NCBI GenBank assembly: GCA_905178155.1
Contig: CAJINV010000002.1
Location: 8,389,224-8,453,223, forward strand
Length of the DNA stretch: 64,000 bases
Reading direction: 5' to 3'
Source: Amoebophrya sp. A120
Taxonomy: Eukaryota > Protista > Dinoflagellata
Shown: positions 10,599 to 23,352 of the stretch, piece after piece
Layout of the letters: each line of letters opens with the position of its first letter
Position numbering within the stretch: the first letter of the stretch is position 1
Made by a program: the position numbers and the translations under genes
The notes under the pieces: model-generated
The model's input: the letters and a program-made list of their open reading frames with translations, nothing else
Database searches by the model: none
What the model was told of the DNA's origin: nothing

Positions 10599-12506
10599 CT
10601 ATCGTATTTTGTCCAGCCGGATCATAAGCAGCCCCGTGGCGATGCCAAGCCCTGTAAGGGAAACTACGCGAACGTCGTGACCAAAGTCGAATTCATGATA
10701 GATACGCATGAATGTGGATAAAGATGAGAAGGACCAGTCAGCAGCATCATGCTGGACCTTTCCCAAGGCGAAGTCATAGAAATGTAAATGAGACGCGTGG
10801 AAGTCCGATGAAACAGAAGTGTGGTTCGGTGACGTTAAAGCAGCTGCAGGAGCGCCGATATTGGCATTAACTTTAGCTCCGCAATAGAAAACCGTCAACA
10901 GCACCAGCGTGCCCCGCAACATCCAAATCACCAGGTGGGTGTTTGCGATCTTGCGGCTGAAAGCGCGGAAGGCCTTGGAAAAAATTCGCAGGTACACTGC
11001 CGCGCAAATTCGCAGGATGAGGTCGTCCACGGTCATTTTTCGCGGAATGATGGACAGACCAGAAAACAAAATGAAGCCCAACACGCCAAACCGGCTGCGC
11101 ACAACGGACTCTGCCATGGCGGTAATGATGTCGAGTTTGTTGTTTGTTGTGCTAGTTGCTCGTGCAGTGCCACTGCCACCATCAGACTTTTCACGGCGTG
11201 TTTCTTTCTCGCCTGAAGAAAACGGTGACGCAAAGGGACATGTCGTCGCGGTTTGCCGTGCTGGTGGCCCGACAGAAATACAGGAAGTTCTTGCGGAAAC
11301 GCCAGCTCTGGCCGTCGAAAGATGACATGTGTTTGCGCTACCGTCGCCTTCGCCTTCGCCCTGACGCCAGTTCTCTGCCGACTTTTCGTGTGAAGCCTTG
11401 CACCCCAAGTTTTCTTCATTCAGGTTCATCTCGAAGATCAACCTCCCTGCCTGCCCAGTTGCTAGCCTTGTTTTATCGTAGGGGGCACTTGGTGCTGAGG
11501 CTGAGGACGATGACACTCCCCACCTTTGCAGCATCGAGCCGGTAACCCCAGCATGCTCCCTCACCTTCGGGAACAGCATCCACTGCGTTTTTTCGTCCAT
11601 GAGAAAGATCCAAAACGACGCTGCAATGACGGGGAGCACCAGCCAGAGGTGTGTCCCGTTCGAAATCGGAAGTTCCAGCAACTGAAAGACGGGTCCATCC
11701 AATTTTCTGTAGTTCGCGAGGAAGACGTGGAGTGACACCGCTGCGTGGAAGTTGTACCAAAACAGGCCGAGTTTGTGGCGAAGCGTGTGCTTCAGGAACG
11801 AGTGCGGGAACACAAAGAAAAGCGCGTAGGGCACGTTGTGGAAAAAGTAGTCGAGAATTTGGTGATGTGGTGCCCGATCCAGATATTGGACATCGTGTGC
11901 AGACGGTCTTCTTGCGCCAGCGTGAACATCGCCTGGAGGTCCACCATCCGTCGGATTAGCAGGAAGAAATCTGCTCGCTTCAACATGTGCATCTCGTCCG
12001 TCGTCGGTCAACGCTGCACCCCCTCCCGGAAGCAAAAACGCGATCTCCGGCAGGTCGTCACCCAAATGCGTCACGAAGCAAATTACTCCGAACAGGACCC
12101 AAATGACGTAGAAGTGCGCGGCTGTTTCGAAAACATTAATGAGGCGGTGGACAACTACAAGAAGCTCGTGGCCCAGCTCTTGCCGGAAAGTACAAGAACA
12201 CCGTCGTAGCGCACCTGGGTCCGAGACGACGGGTTTGCTCTTTATGATTTGCTCACTACTGGCATGTCTTCGGCTTGGGCTTTCTACTAAGGAGGTGAAG
12301 CTTTTTGATGAAGAGCCTGACCGTGCTCGTGATGGCTGCCCAGGCAATTCCTCATGACTGGCAACCCCTTCGGTGTCCGATACCAAAGTGAAAGTTGATT
12401 CCGATGTAGCGTCGTCCTCATCATCGTCCTGTTCCGATGCCGAGGTGCAGCTGGTCAGGTTTGCAAGCTTTACAAGCTCGTTGGATGAGGGAACGCGGGC
12501 CAACAT
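10599..12506 (-). CDS. Hypothetical multi-pass membrane protein (weak nurim/NnrU-like segment)
   Basis: 635-aa ORF with several hydrophobic helices. FVFPHSFLKH...YNFHAAVSLHVFL loosely resembles nurim/NnrU; family call is weak. Confidence 0.6.
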   Translation of the reverse strand: MLARVPSSNELVKLANLTSCTSASEQDDDEDDATSESTFTLVSDTEGVASHEELPGQPSRARSGSSSKSFTSLVESPSRRHASSEQIIKSKPVVSDPGALRRCSCTFRQELGHELLVVVHRLINVFETAAHFYVIWVLFGVICFVTHLGDDLPEIAFLLPGGGAALTDDGRDAHVEASRFLPANPTDGGPPGDVHAGARRPSAHDVQYLDRAPHHQILDYFFHNVPYALFFVFPHSFLKHTLRHKLGLFWYNFHAAVSLHVFLANYRKLDGPVFQLLELPISNGTHLWLVLPVIAASFWIFLMDEKTQWMLFPKVREHAGVTGSMLQRWGVSSSSASAPSAPYDKTRLATGQAGRLIFEMNLNEENLGCKASHEKSAENWRQGEGEGDGSANTCHLSTARAGVSARTSCISVGPPARQTATTCPFASPFSSGEKETRREKSDGGSGTARATSTTNNKLDIITAMAESVVRSRFGVLGFILFSGLSIIPRKMTVDDLILRICAAVYLRIFSKAFRAFSRKIANTHLVIWMLRGTLVLLTVFYCGAKVNANIGAPAAALTSPNHTSVSSDFHASHLHFYDFALGKVQHDAADWSFSSLSTFMRIYHEFDFGHDVRVVSLTGLGIATGLLMIRLDKIR

Positions 12507-13346
12507 GTTCTCTTGTTTGCATACGAATAGGAAAGTAGTAGAAGCAAATGCAGAGAGGAGCTTCTGCTTCTGGCTAGCTTCTCCTTCTGCTTCTGGTTAA
12601 GAATCAGATAAGCATAAGGAAGGTCTTCATCGAGGTCGAGGAGACTTAAAATTTTCTAAATTGAAATAAAAGCAGCTCTTAGCCTTGCGCGTGAAAAGAG
12701 CAGAGACGACGAAAGGACGATACGAAATTACAGTTTTGCTTGTGCAATCCAGCACGTAAAATTTCTGATAGGCATAGGGTCCTGGTGTGCGTCGTGGAAT
12801 CAAAAAACAAACCATCACTATCTTAGCGATCGACTTAGTATCTACATCCAGACGAAGGACTCGTGCCCGTGCGCTCGTCACGTCCATGGTGCATCATAAT
12901 CATAAAGCAGAGCAGGAGCACCAGCTTCTTGAGAGTGAACTACCGATGATTCGCAAGAAGGTATACATGCACGAGCCACAAACCGATTTTCTGAAGCATC
13001 GAGCGAAGCCACGTCAGCACAAACAGACTGGCGTTACATCCTCTCTAGTATCCGGGTCGGTCCGGGACCTATTTATACATACTGCATCCGTGACCTTCGC
13101 CTATCATGCTATCGCATGCAGAACCGATTTGTTCTTCCTTTTTCCTGCTAAATGGTAACTCCCCTTGGCCACGAGCACAACGTTATATCCCCTGAATATC
13201 GGCATATCAATACTTCGCAAAAATTTGATTTATCATTTTTACCGAAAACGAGAACATCAAGCAACATAATGTCGCACGCTCTGCGAGCTGCAGCTGCACC
13301 CAGTCGCTGAACCCATATATAATATTCTGTACGCAATAAGAAGGCT

Positions 13347-14054
13347 TCAGCCCTCCCGGGTCAAAATCTCTTCTGAAATGAGTGCCCACACTTTCACACC
13401 TGGATGTTTTGCTTGCAACTTCTCATACCCTCGCAACGCCTTCAGTTCCACTATGCAGGCACACTCCACAATCTCCGCCCCGGCGGTGGAAACGAGATCG
13501 CACGCTGCAAGGAGCGTCCCACCGGTTGCGACCAGGTCGTCAATGATCAGCGCTCGTGGCTTGTCGCTCGTAGTAGACATGCTAGTTGCTGCGCCATCCT
13601 CCGCGGCTCCACTAGATGCGGCCTCTTTTTGGTTTGTCCAAAAGTCGAACGCCATCTTTGGCATACAGAGTTCGTCGGTGCCTGTGGCCGCGTTGTCGAC
13701 GCTTTTGTATTCCTTCTGGTATTCCGCACCGGTGATCGCGTTCGGTAGCTTGCCCTTCTTCCGAAGCATGATGAATGGTTTCTTCAGAGCGAGCGCGATG
13801 CTGGGTCCTAGCACGAAGCCCCTGGCGTCCAGGCCGAAGATACAGTCGATTTCTTGCTTAGAAGAGGCGGCATAACGCTGGACGAAGACGTCGATGCAGA
13901 GTTGGAACACTGTCGGGTCCGCGAGCATGCCACTGATGTCATAGAATCTTGGCACACCGTGAAACGGGTAGTACGGAATGGTGGCTGCGATGCGCTTGGC
14001 CTCCGGGCCATCCTGCTGGTAGTCGGCAGCAAGTGCGGGTGGAGGCTGCGCCAT
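13347..14054 (-). CDS. APRT: Adenine phosphoribosyltransferase
   Basis: FYDISGML, GLDARGF, RKKGKLP, PRPP-binding IIDDLVATGGT, IVELKALRG; intronless. Confidence 0.95.
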   Translation of the reverse strand: MAQPPPALAADYQQDGPEAKRIAATIPYYPFHGVPRFYDISGMLADPTVFQLCIDVFVQRYAASSKQEIDCIFGLDARGFVLGPSIALALKKPFIMLRKKGKLPNAITGAEYQKEYKSVDNAATGTDELCMPKMAFDFWTNQKEAASSGAAEDGAATSMSTTSDKPRALIIDDLVATGGTLLAACDLVSTAGAEIVECACIVELKALRGYEKLQAKHPGVKVWALISEEILTREG

Positions 14055-14955
14055 GAATTCTGTATGGTACTATACAACGAGACAACTCCAGCTCAAATAG
14101 CGAGAGCCAGGATGAAAAACTGAAGACCAGGAACAAGTTATTCTTCAGAGTCAGAGATGGTGGATCCACCGTGTCATCTATTTTTTGGAGAACGCCGCTC
14201 GAGCTCGACGACCCAACTGTTACAAACCCAGATATGTATACTTAATACGATGTAGTGAGCTCCAACTCCAAGCACGCCGGGAACATCGCCGTGCGTCCAT
14301 ATCGTGTGTCCTACTTCTACTAAACACGAGGACGAGGGGGCGCTATGTTTGAGAACATCACCACATCTACATCCTCGAAGTTTGGTAATACTTGTTACAA
14401 ACAGCTGATCGAACAAGACGAATAAACGCGGGCACTGCAACTATCTCCATGCGCAGAGGAGATCCTCGAACGGGCCTCATTCGTCTCAAACAGAGCGGGC
14501 GCCCGAAGGAACGGGGGCAGGCAGAGACCCTCTGGTTGCCCAAGCTCGTCCTTGTCTTGATTCTTCACGCTTTCGCTTCGTGGTATAAAATCATCGGACC
14601 ACCTCCTGCATCAATCCTTTCCCGTTCTTCATGTAGTTTTGCTGGCTTTTTATCTGTACACAGTGTTGGTCTGCTGGCCACATCCATGCCAGTGCCGACG
14701 CATTCTTGTCTTCGTAGCAGAATGAAGCTTTCTTCTCGCGAAAAAAAAGTGGAAAATAGAAGAGGAGCACACTAAACTAACATGGACGAGCGAGGCCATG
14801 GTTCGCCTACTTAGATGCAGCTGCAGCTCGTTGTTCGAGCAGTTACATACTACATCATTCAACGTTCAGTCCTCGCGACTACGAGAACTTGTCACCCGTC
14901 CGCGTAAACATTTACCTCCTCGGCGAAAAACATATCTCTTGATATGATCATATGA

Positions 14956-15307
14956 ATGATCAATCTCCTGAACTGCCACGATAAACTCAAATAGGAACCC
15001 TAAACGAACCTAAACCCTGAAACCCTGGGAGATCCGGCCGCGACGGACGCCCGTCTTGTCATGTGCGATTCCTACATGCATAGTTTTTTGGAAAAGAAAA
15101 GCAAAAAGAGAAGGATGGAGAAAAAAATCGAGCGAGGCGAGCGAATCTCTCGGCGGCCTATGAAGGACAATCCAGTGGCCAGCCGGAAGTCCAACACAGT
15201 AGGGCTTCAGCTGCGCTGGCTCTAAACCTGTACATAGTACAGACCTACGTACGTATGCGCCACACCTTCTCTCATCATGATCAATCTCCTGAACTGCCAC
15301 GATAAAC
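14956..15307. repeat. 31-bp direct repeats flanking a 290-bp segment with telomere-like CCCTAAA/CCCTGAAA repeats
   Basis: atgatcaatctcctgaactgccacgataaac at 14956-14986 and 15277-15307; aaccctaaacgaacctaaaccctgaaaccctg at about 14996-15027. Confidence 0.75.
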
Positions 15308-15384
15308 ATAAAACTCTCCGTCAAAGATCAGATTGCTCGTAAATTTTTCTTCTTCTTCCCCAACAGGAGAAGGGATACTATCTA

Positions 15385-17340
15385 TCAATTCTCCGCTACA
15401 AACCCGTCATACTCGGCCATTCTCGGGGGACACCACCCTCGGCCCTTGAACTTCTCGAAACCGTTTGGATAGCGTTTAAACACGCCGTAATCCCGGTCGT
15501 GCGTGTAGCTGAGACACACCTCGTCCGGTTTGCCCTCCTCTTTAACGAAGCGCTGCTCCCGGTACTCGTCTGTTTCTCGGTACAACCGCGACCGGTTCCA
15601 AATGATTAAGTTCATCCGCTCACCTTTCTTGATGTCCACCGCACCGTGCCGCTGTCGCCCCAAGTGGATCAGGCAGTGCCCCTTCCGCTGCTCGTAGATG
15701 TACAGCTCTTTCCGGTGGTCCCTCGCCCCCATCTTCCCGCAGAACGCCACCTGTGAGCCCTCGAAGTCAATGCCGAGGCAGACGCATCCTCTGCAAAAGT
15801 ATCGCACTCGTACTAATTCCAATCCTGCATAGCAGAAAGATATGGCTTCTCAGGCAAAGCAGCAATACGAATTGAAGCTTTTTCTCTTGAAAAAGTTTGA
15901 TGTTGTACGTAGTAATGCAATTTAATACTAGCAGTAGTGCGATACTTCTGCAATGCATAAAATGTTGCAGGTGACGTCAGAGTCGTCCGTGTGCATGTCC
16001 AGCCCCAGATCCTTGCCGGGGGCGTACTGCACAATGAAGCTGTGATGCGCGTCCCACGAACTGCCGACGCTGCCGAACTTCTTCACCGCAATCTCGGTTT
16101 GCTGGATCAGCCGCTGGATGGCCGACATGAGGCCCTCCATGCCAATGTAATTCAGAATTACCCCGTACCGGTTCATGCTGTTCGGCCTCTGCACCTCGAT
16201 CCCCGACTGGTAAATGGACCGCACCTCTTTCACCAGCTCGTCGCAGAATTCCATGGTAAACATCGGAAAGGAATAGATGTCCGGTTTGTGGGTGGTGATC
16301 AGCGTTTTATTGACGGAATCAACACCCGGAAGATCTTCCATCGGATACCCGGCGTCCCTCCACTTTTTGAACCGCTCGTCTAGCCACTCCTCGGGCAGGT
16401 CGTCTCCGGCTTTTATGGTGAAGAACTTGGAGTTCTTTCTGTACGGGGTGTATTTGTTGATGTTGGTCACGAACTGCATGTGCTCCGGGTAGCTGTCCAA
16501 CATCTTCCAGAAGCTCGGCTGGCCCATGCCGTCTTCGAGGAATTTCGACACGCCTTTCAGAATGTTCGGTAACGTGTAGATGCCCGGTTCCATGCTGGTA
16601 TCTCCGTCTTTATCCCTGTCCGTCACCACCGGCATTTGCTGCAGCGATTGGTAGAACAGCAACGGCATCACCTGCCCCTCGGTCTGCAAAAACGGGTGGT
16701 GGACCGTCGAGCGGAACGAAACGCAGGGGGGTAATTCTGGGTACGTGCTGTTAAACCGTAAATCCACCACGAAGGTTTGGTTTTCGAAGGGGGATTTCTC
16801 GATCCCGAATTGCCGCTTCATCTTCGGCAAGGAGATTTGTTTCAGCGTCTGCTTGTCGATCCGGTACCCCGTTGCAGCAGACGGCTCGGCTGCTGCTCCA
16901 TCTTTGGGGTTCCCTCCCTCCTCGTCACAGACCTCGGGTTCCTTCCGCTCGGGCACAGTGACGTAGAAGGAAACCTGCCACGGGCCTTCGTCCTGGCCTG
17001 GGAGAATTTTCTGTTTCTGTTTCTCGTCCAAGCAGGGGTTTAGCCGGAGTGTTTTCGATAAGCTTTTCGGGCTGGTTTTATCGCCGACTTTGAGTCCGCC
17101 GACCACCTTTTCCACCATGTGGTACTGGCAAGTCTTCAGCTCATCGATCTGCTGAAACTGCTGGCTGTGCACCGTACCCGCGGCCTGCTTCAGCTCCCGG
17201 AGCTCGCGCTTGATGGTTTCCAGCGCTCTGGTCGCGTTCGCGTCCTCGTCGTCAGAATCCGGGATATCCGGTATTTTTAACGGCCGCAACAGCTGCGGCC
17301 GCTCGTTGGTCCCGTCGCACGCTGGGCAGCAGTACGCCAT
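15385..17340 (-). CDS. UBC/RWD-like domain fused to a 2OG-Fe(II) oxygenase (OGFOD2/PLOD C-terminal-like); one introner
   Basis: FVVDLRFNSTYPELPPCVSFRSTVHHPFL (UBC-like, no catalytic Cys). RPNSMNRYG, HTDDSDVTCN|VCLG, HLGRQRHGA, GERMNLIIW (HxD...H...R). Confidence 0.85.
15785..15959 (-). mobile_element. Introner-like non-canonical intron, family A (older copy)
   Basis: TIR catcctctgcaaaagtatcgcact / agtgcgatacttctgcaatgcata; degenerate TSD agacg/aaatg. Removal restores DVTCN(V/I)CLG. Confidence 0.85.
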
Positions 17341-18523
17341 GGTGGGATGGAACAGGGACGAGAAAAAGCGTCGGTGTTGCCGATTCGTTTCTTCTCTCCA
17401 GGAGCCTTCCCGTGCGGTGGTGTAATTGCTGCTCTTGTTCGAAGATCTGTGAAAAGTAAAAAAGGTTCGCTTGCTAATGTGCGTGACAGGTGTAGTCGCC
17501 CGGTGAAGATGAAAGTCGCAGGGATTTTTATAGCTGAAGCTTCTTTTCGTTTTCGCGTTCGCCCGAGATTGATGTTGAAGCGGGCAAGGACGAAATCTTG
17601 GCGCCAATTTGCTGTTGCTCTCCAGAAAGGTATGGTTACAGGAGTGAGTCGTGAAAGTAGAAGTAGTAGTAGAAACAGGATGAAATTTTTGCAGTTGTTG
17701 TGCACTTCTTCCAAGACGTAAAGCAAGCAGTTGTCCAGACAAGTGGGGGCTAAACATCAAGATCAAATGTCTTTTTTTGCACGTATCTTTTTTTCCATTC
17801 CTGCAAACGGGGACATGTCGCTGGTTTCAAGTGAACCTTTTTTGTTGTGACTGACACGACTGAGGGAAGCGAAAACGAATACGATTCTCTCTTTCGTCAT
17901 CTCGCGTCAGGTTTTTTTCCACCGATGAAGATGATGATCTTCATCATGCTGGTTTGGTCCTTACCTTTTTTCTAAGCAGCACCCAGTGCAGCGTGTCGTA
18001 GTACTAGTTCATCAAAATTTTCTGATCATTTTCAGAACACATTCAATTCTTTATACCTGTAGCACACTGCAGAGACATAAAACCTACCCGCGCGCCCGTT
18101 TGCTGGTTCGCTCAATTTCTTGTGGCGCTAGAATTTGCAACAGAGTTATCTTCGCTTGTCATGAAAAGAGTCGCTCTTTGGTGCGTCGCGAGACCAGTGT
18201 GAATGATGAATCAAAGTCAGTCATGAATCTTGAAAGAGTCGCCTATACTACGAAGCGCTGTAAAGTTGCTAGAAAATAATTCGCTTTAAAACTACTTTTA
18301 TAATGGTCGCCAGACTCGTCGGGGTTAACAAGAACTAGAAAATGAGTTGAGATACCAGAGATGAAATTGATGACCGAAAGATAGTCCAGTCTGTCTCAAG
18401 CAGGTAGAAATAGAACCACGACCTTCTACTAACTTGCACGACACAGGCAGGAGGTGCACACAAGCTAGTTCACTACTTTCGCGTTTTGGATTTTTGCCTT
18501 CAATTTTTTCTTTTTCATTTTCT

Positions 18524-21500
18524 TTATCCCCACGGACCTGCTCTCCTGTGGAAGTGGAAGCCGCCGAATCCGCCGCCCCCCCGCCCGCTGCTCGAGGAGA
18601 GTTCGTCGATCTGTTCCTTGGTCTTGCCCTGGTCGTAGTAGGCTTTTTTCGTTGTGTCTGACAAAACGTCGTACGCTTCCTGGACTAGTTTGAAGTGCTC
18701 CTCCGTGTTTTTTGAAAACTTTTGCTTCTCCGCGTCGGTCAGCTGTTTCTTCGTGTAGTTCGAGAGTCGCACCTGCTGCTTGTCGGGGTGGAGCTCGAGG
18801 CACCGCCGGCGATAGGCGGTCTTGATCTGCTGCGGCTGGGAGTAGGTATTGATTCGCGCCGCGAGTCGTTTATTGCGGTCCTGCTCGGATTCCTCGACCT
18901 CAGAATCGTCTGGATCCAGGGCGCGGCCTGGGACGATTTTAGTGGAATCATATAATATCTCATATTCGCGATGGTGTGCAAGTGCAAGGTGGAATGCAAA
19001 ACAGCGACAATGAAGGCTACAAAAACAAAAAGCAACACTGTCGGCTACGTAGGTGACTTACTTCTGCAGCAATTCGTCTGTTACACGACTACACTTTCTA
19101 TGCAGCGACATCTTCAGAAGCAAGTCCGCTCGCGATACTAGGCACCAAAGTCCTGTCATCTCAAAAGAAAGAAAACACCCTACCTTCCGCCTCGTCCCTC
19201 TGCGAGTCCCCGCACGTTTTCCAGCACTGCCCCGGCTGCAAACTGAGCAATGCGGTGACCGAGGGCGATCCGGAGAGTATTCGGTAGTAATCCGGTCTTT
19301 TTGCCTTTTTCATCTCCGCTTCGCACCTATCCCGCATGTTCTCCAGTCGATCGTCGCTATCTGGCAAGTGGTGCGTGTTCTTCATGCTCTCGGCCGCTTT
19401 CTCGAACTGCTTGGTGTCCAAGTATGCCTGACACCGGGTCAGGTAAGCGACTTTGACGAATTCGTTGCCTTGCGTGTGGTAGAGGTATCAAATGTAAAAG
19501 TGTCTGGGTCTGGAAGATTCTGACACTTGTCATGCACGTTTTGCATGAGCCATGATGTCTGTGATGCACACCCTAGCGATACAGATTTTTTGAGGGCTTC
19601 TTGATGCGTATTCCGCATGACAAATACCTTCTCAGCGTAGCAAAAATTGCATCCCCTTTGGTACTCATGCAATACAGAGAGATTTTTTTGGAATCCAAAT
19701 GCAGCATCACAAGTTGCATTCTTCCAGACCCAGACATTTTTACATTTGATAAGAGGTTCAGAGAACTGTTGGCCGCGGTGAGCGCGGACTTGAATTCCCG
19801 GATTTTCAGGTTTGCGTCCGCGTACTCCGACTGAATCGACGCCATCAGCGTCGATTTGCGCAGTCCACGCACGATACTCGAGCGAATCGCGGGGTCGATT
19901 CCGCTGCTGGAGAGCGCTGCAGCGACGGTGGGGAGTGACTGCTGCTGCTGCTGCGAGTCTGTGCTAGATGCTATTGCAGCGGCAGTGTTGGTGTCGTTTT
20001 CGATCATTTGGATCATTTGCTTGTACACTGGAATGGCGTCCCGGAAGCGGTACTTTTTCTTCAGCTCGCGCGCGTTCTCCAGGCTCGCGACCAGGGGTTT
20101 GATCACCTTCTTGAAGACTTCCCGCGCTTCCGCGCAGTCCGGGTTTAGTTTCAACGCCTCCTTCAGCAGCGGGGCCGCTTTGTCGACCTCGTCGGCGGAC
20201 AAAAAGGTCAGCCCGCGCATGCAGTAGCCCTCGACAAAGTCCCGGTTGTCGCGAAGGAGGTTCTGCGTGATCCGTCGGCACTCCGCATGGTTCGCGTCTG
20301 ACCCGCCGTCATTACCGGCCGCGAACAGAGACCGCGCGAGCCACATCTGCAGCGTCAGGTTCGTACTGCCCTTGCTGTATTGGAGGGCCTGGAATAGGGG
20401 TAGGAATGCAGTTCTTGGTAGGTGTAGGAGTTTGAAGGAGATAAGCAAAGCACGTGGAAGTACGTTGCTTTCGTAGTTTGTATGGGGTTCAATCATCATG
20501 ACAAAGCAAAAGGGTCACATCTTTGGCTTCGAATCGGGAAATAAAATGCTCAAATCATGACTGGACTAAATGCTACCTCTCGAAAAGCGATCATGGCCTG
20601 CCCAGGATCGCCCTTCGTCAGCGAATCTCGGCCTTTTTGAATTGCCGATACCAAACCCTTCACCTTTTTCTGGAGAGCGGTGAACCTCGGTAACAGGGAT
20701 CCCAGTGCCTCCTGCTCGGCGTCCTTCTGCTTTTGGCTCTTGAAAAGGCCGGCTGTTTTGGAATTTTCATGTGAAGGTGTTGTGTAGCTTCAAGTTCAAC
20801 AACATATTGCTACAGAAAAGCTGGCCTTGATACTCATGACGATGTGCACACATTGCGCTGTCAACACCCAAGAGACCGTTGGTGTGTCACTTTTACATGT
20901 ATCGTTTCGCAAAACGATGCGTTTGGATTCATTTGCAAAGACTGCTCGTCACACCATTCGTATAATACCGAGTTTATTTTTCTGCGGTCCGCTACTGGCT
21001 GCTTTTTCCTTGTCCGCCAGCTCCAGCTGCCTTGTTCTTTCCTTTTCCAGGGGAATTCTCAGGTCCAACAACCGTGCTGCCTCGTCGAAGTCCCCGCTTT
21101 CCGCGTAGGCTTCGCACATGCGCAAGTGCGCCTTCGTGTAGTTTTTGTCCAACTTGATCGCCTCTTTAAAGTCCGCGATCGCGTCCTTGTAATTGGCGAC
21201 CTGCGTCCAGCAAAACCCGCGATTGCTGTAGCACACGGCCACCAACTGCTTGATTTCCTGGACCAGTGCGTGCTTCTCAGTGTTGGTCGTGCTCTTGATG
21301 TCCTTACTGCAACTTGCAGGAGGTCCTCCACCACCTTGCGAGCTGCTCGCGGTCGTCGAGGATTCGGAGTCCGAAGGTTTGCTGCTCTGTTGTTCCGTTG
21401 GGGAGCTAATCAGCGAGTTCATGAGATCTTCGTCGCTGGCTATTTCGTCGTCGTATTCCCGAATGGCTCGGCCGTATCGGAACGCGGCTTCCCGGTATTT

Positions 21501-22584
21501 CCCGTCTTTCGTCAGGGAGTTCCCGTCGTCCTTTGCTTCCTGGATGTTTTTGCGAACCTTCACCAGCAACCGGCAACTGTCGGACGCCGGCACGGGTGCT
21601 GGCTGTGTCGCTTTCGGCTGCGCCTTCGCCTGCGGTGGGGGAGACGCGGAGGCTTTGCTTTTTGCTGCAGCAGCTTTTGCGGACGACGCGTTGTTCAGGT
21701 TGACATTTATTTTCGCGGCCTCGGCTCGCATCTGGGCCTGGAGCTCCGCGGGGGTCGGCGTAGTACTAGGCTTTTGAAATGCCGACTGTTGTCGGGGCGG
21801 GGGCTGGAAGGCTTTGCCTTGGTTCAGCGGCGGCGGACGACCGCTGCGCCCACGAGTGTCTTGCTGGTCCTCCTCCTCTTCCTCGCTGTCGTCCTCCTCA
21901 TCGTCCTCTTCGGATGTCGTGGAAGACACCTGGTTAGCGGTTGACGTCTTCGTGCTGGTCGAGGGTGTAGCCTGCATCAGATTCACATTTTTACTCCCAT
22001 TCGAATTAGTGCTCGTCCCTGCTGCCCCGCCCGCGTGTACTTTATTCGACCGGATGCAATCTTGTATGTGAAACTTGACATCCGTATAAGCGCCGCGCCA
22101 GGTGCAATTTGCGTTTTGCAACGGGCACAACACCTGCAGTTTCTGCAAGATGCGGTTGCCCAGGGGGTTGCACTTTTCCAAGGGCTCCGCTTTGGTCAAA
22201 GACTTTTTGCCACAACCTTGCTTAGGGCAAATGCCGGTCCTGGAGAGAGTTATTCATGAGGCGTTGATCTTGATCAATTGTCAGTTTGAGAAGCGCAATC
22301 TTGTATCTATAACTTTCAGCCCGAGGTCAAGAAGTCGTGAGCGGATGAGTAACGGTGAGCGTGACAAGAGAAAATTATTTTTTCAAATTATTGCAAACAG
22401 TAAAATCATCCAAATATTACTCTCCTGCCGTAGTCTTGGCGAAGCAGATGCTGCAGAAGACGTGGCCGCAGACACTCATGGAGACATTGTTCTCGCCGAG
22501 GCCCACCAGTTTTTGGCACAGGCCGCATTGGAACTCGCTGTAGATGTCGTGAGGCGAAAGCACATGCTTCGTCTCGATACCCAT
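18524..22584 (-). CDS. RING (C3HC4)/TRAF-type zinc finger + TPR repeats + C-terminal J-domain protein (DNAJC7-like)
   Basis: CGLC...CGHVFCSIC...CPKQGC RING; VLCPLQNANCTWRG...HIQDC zinc finger; TPR motifs (YSNRGFC, EALKLNPD); J-domain PDYYRIL...AYRRRCLELHPDK...FKLVQEAYDVLSD. Several GT-AG introns plus one introner. Confidence 0.85.
19486..19751 (-). mobile_element. Introner-like non-canonical intron, family B
   Basis: About 30-bp TIR tatcaaatgtaaaagtgtctgggtctggaag / cttccagacccagacatttttacatttgata; TSD agagg. Removal gives ANSSLNL|YHTQG in a TPR. Confidence 0.9.
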
Positions 22585-23352
22585 CTTGCTCTTCCTTGTC
22601 AGGAGTCCGTCGCAAAGTTAAAAATGTCGCAAACAACGAGATCACCTAGAGGCGGGGATGCGAATACAACAAAAAACGAATGCTTCTACACGCGAACCCG
22701 CAAGCGACCGTAGCCTTCTGTGCTCTACTGCAACCTACAAAGCAAGTTCTTACGGGAGCATATCATGGTTGCGCAAGTAACACTAACAATAAGGTCGCTG
22801 TTTAAGGTCTTGTTTTTCTTGAAAAATAGGAAGAGCCCAGATCATCGCAGTCGCGAAACACGAAATTGGAAACGGGAACCTAACAAACTGCGCATGCGTG
22901 GGTTTTCTTTACTTTTACATGCCAATTCAGAGCAACCTCGAAAGAAAAGGACCTAGGTGGAATGGAGGATCAACGAAAACAAATTTCTGCACTAGAAGAT
23001 CATTGAAGCGCAAATTTGGTGGCGTTGGATTTTCATCTTTTACTTTTGGAACAGAAAATAGGACAACAAGATCACGCAGACAGGTCGTAGGAAAGCAGCA
23101 TAGTGCGTTTTCTCATCCTGATGTGATGTTCGGGATCGTCAAAAGCAAAGCGGCGTCTGCTTCTGTTTCGTCTTTTCGTGCTGAGTAGCAACGTCGACGT
23201 TCTTCATTTCTCATCTGTGGCACAATGTGGTACAACACACTAGGCTGAAACTGGTGACAGCGGTTGAAGCCGTGCAAATGTAAATGACGTATGTACATTG
23301 TAGCTGCTTCTGCACGCGCACATCACCGCGTACTTAGTTTTGTCAGCAAATG

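Noticed and set aside
19481-19756. GT-AG intron on the plus strand
   Set aside because: It arises by chance from the agagg TSD; the host TPR gene is on the minus strand, where the ends read CT..AC.
20844-21944. Long plus-strand ORFs (also 39045-39935, 6221-6823, 62499-63068, 53273-53569)
   Set aside because: Mostly antisense shadows of GC-rich minus-strand genes; none shows a recognisable domain.
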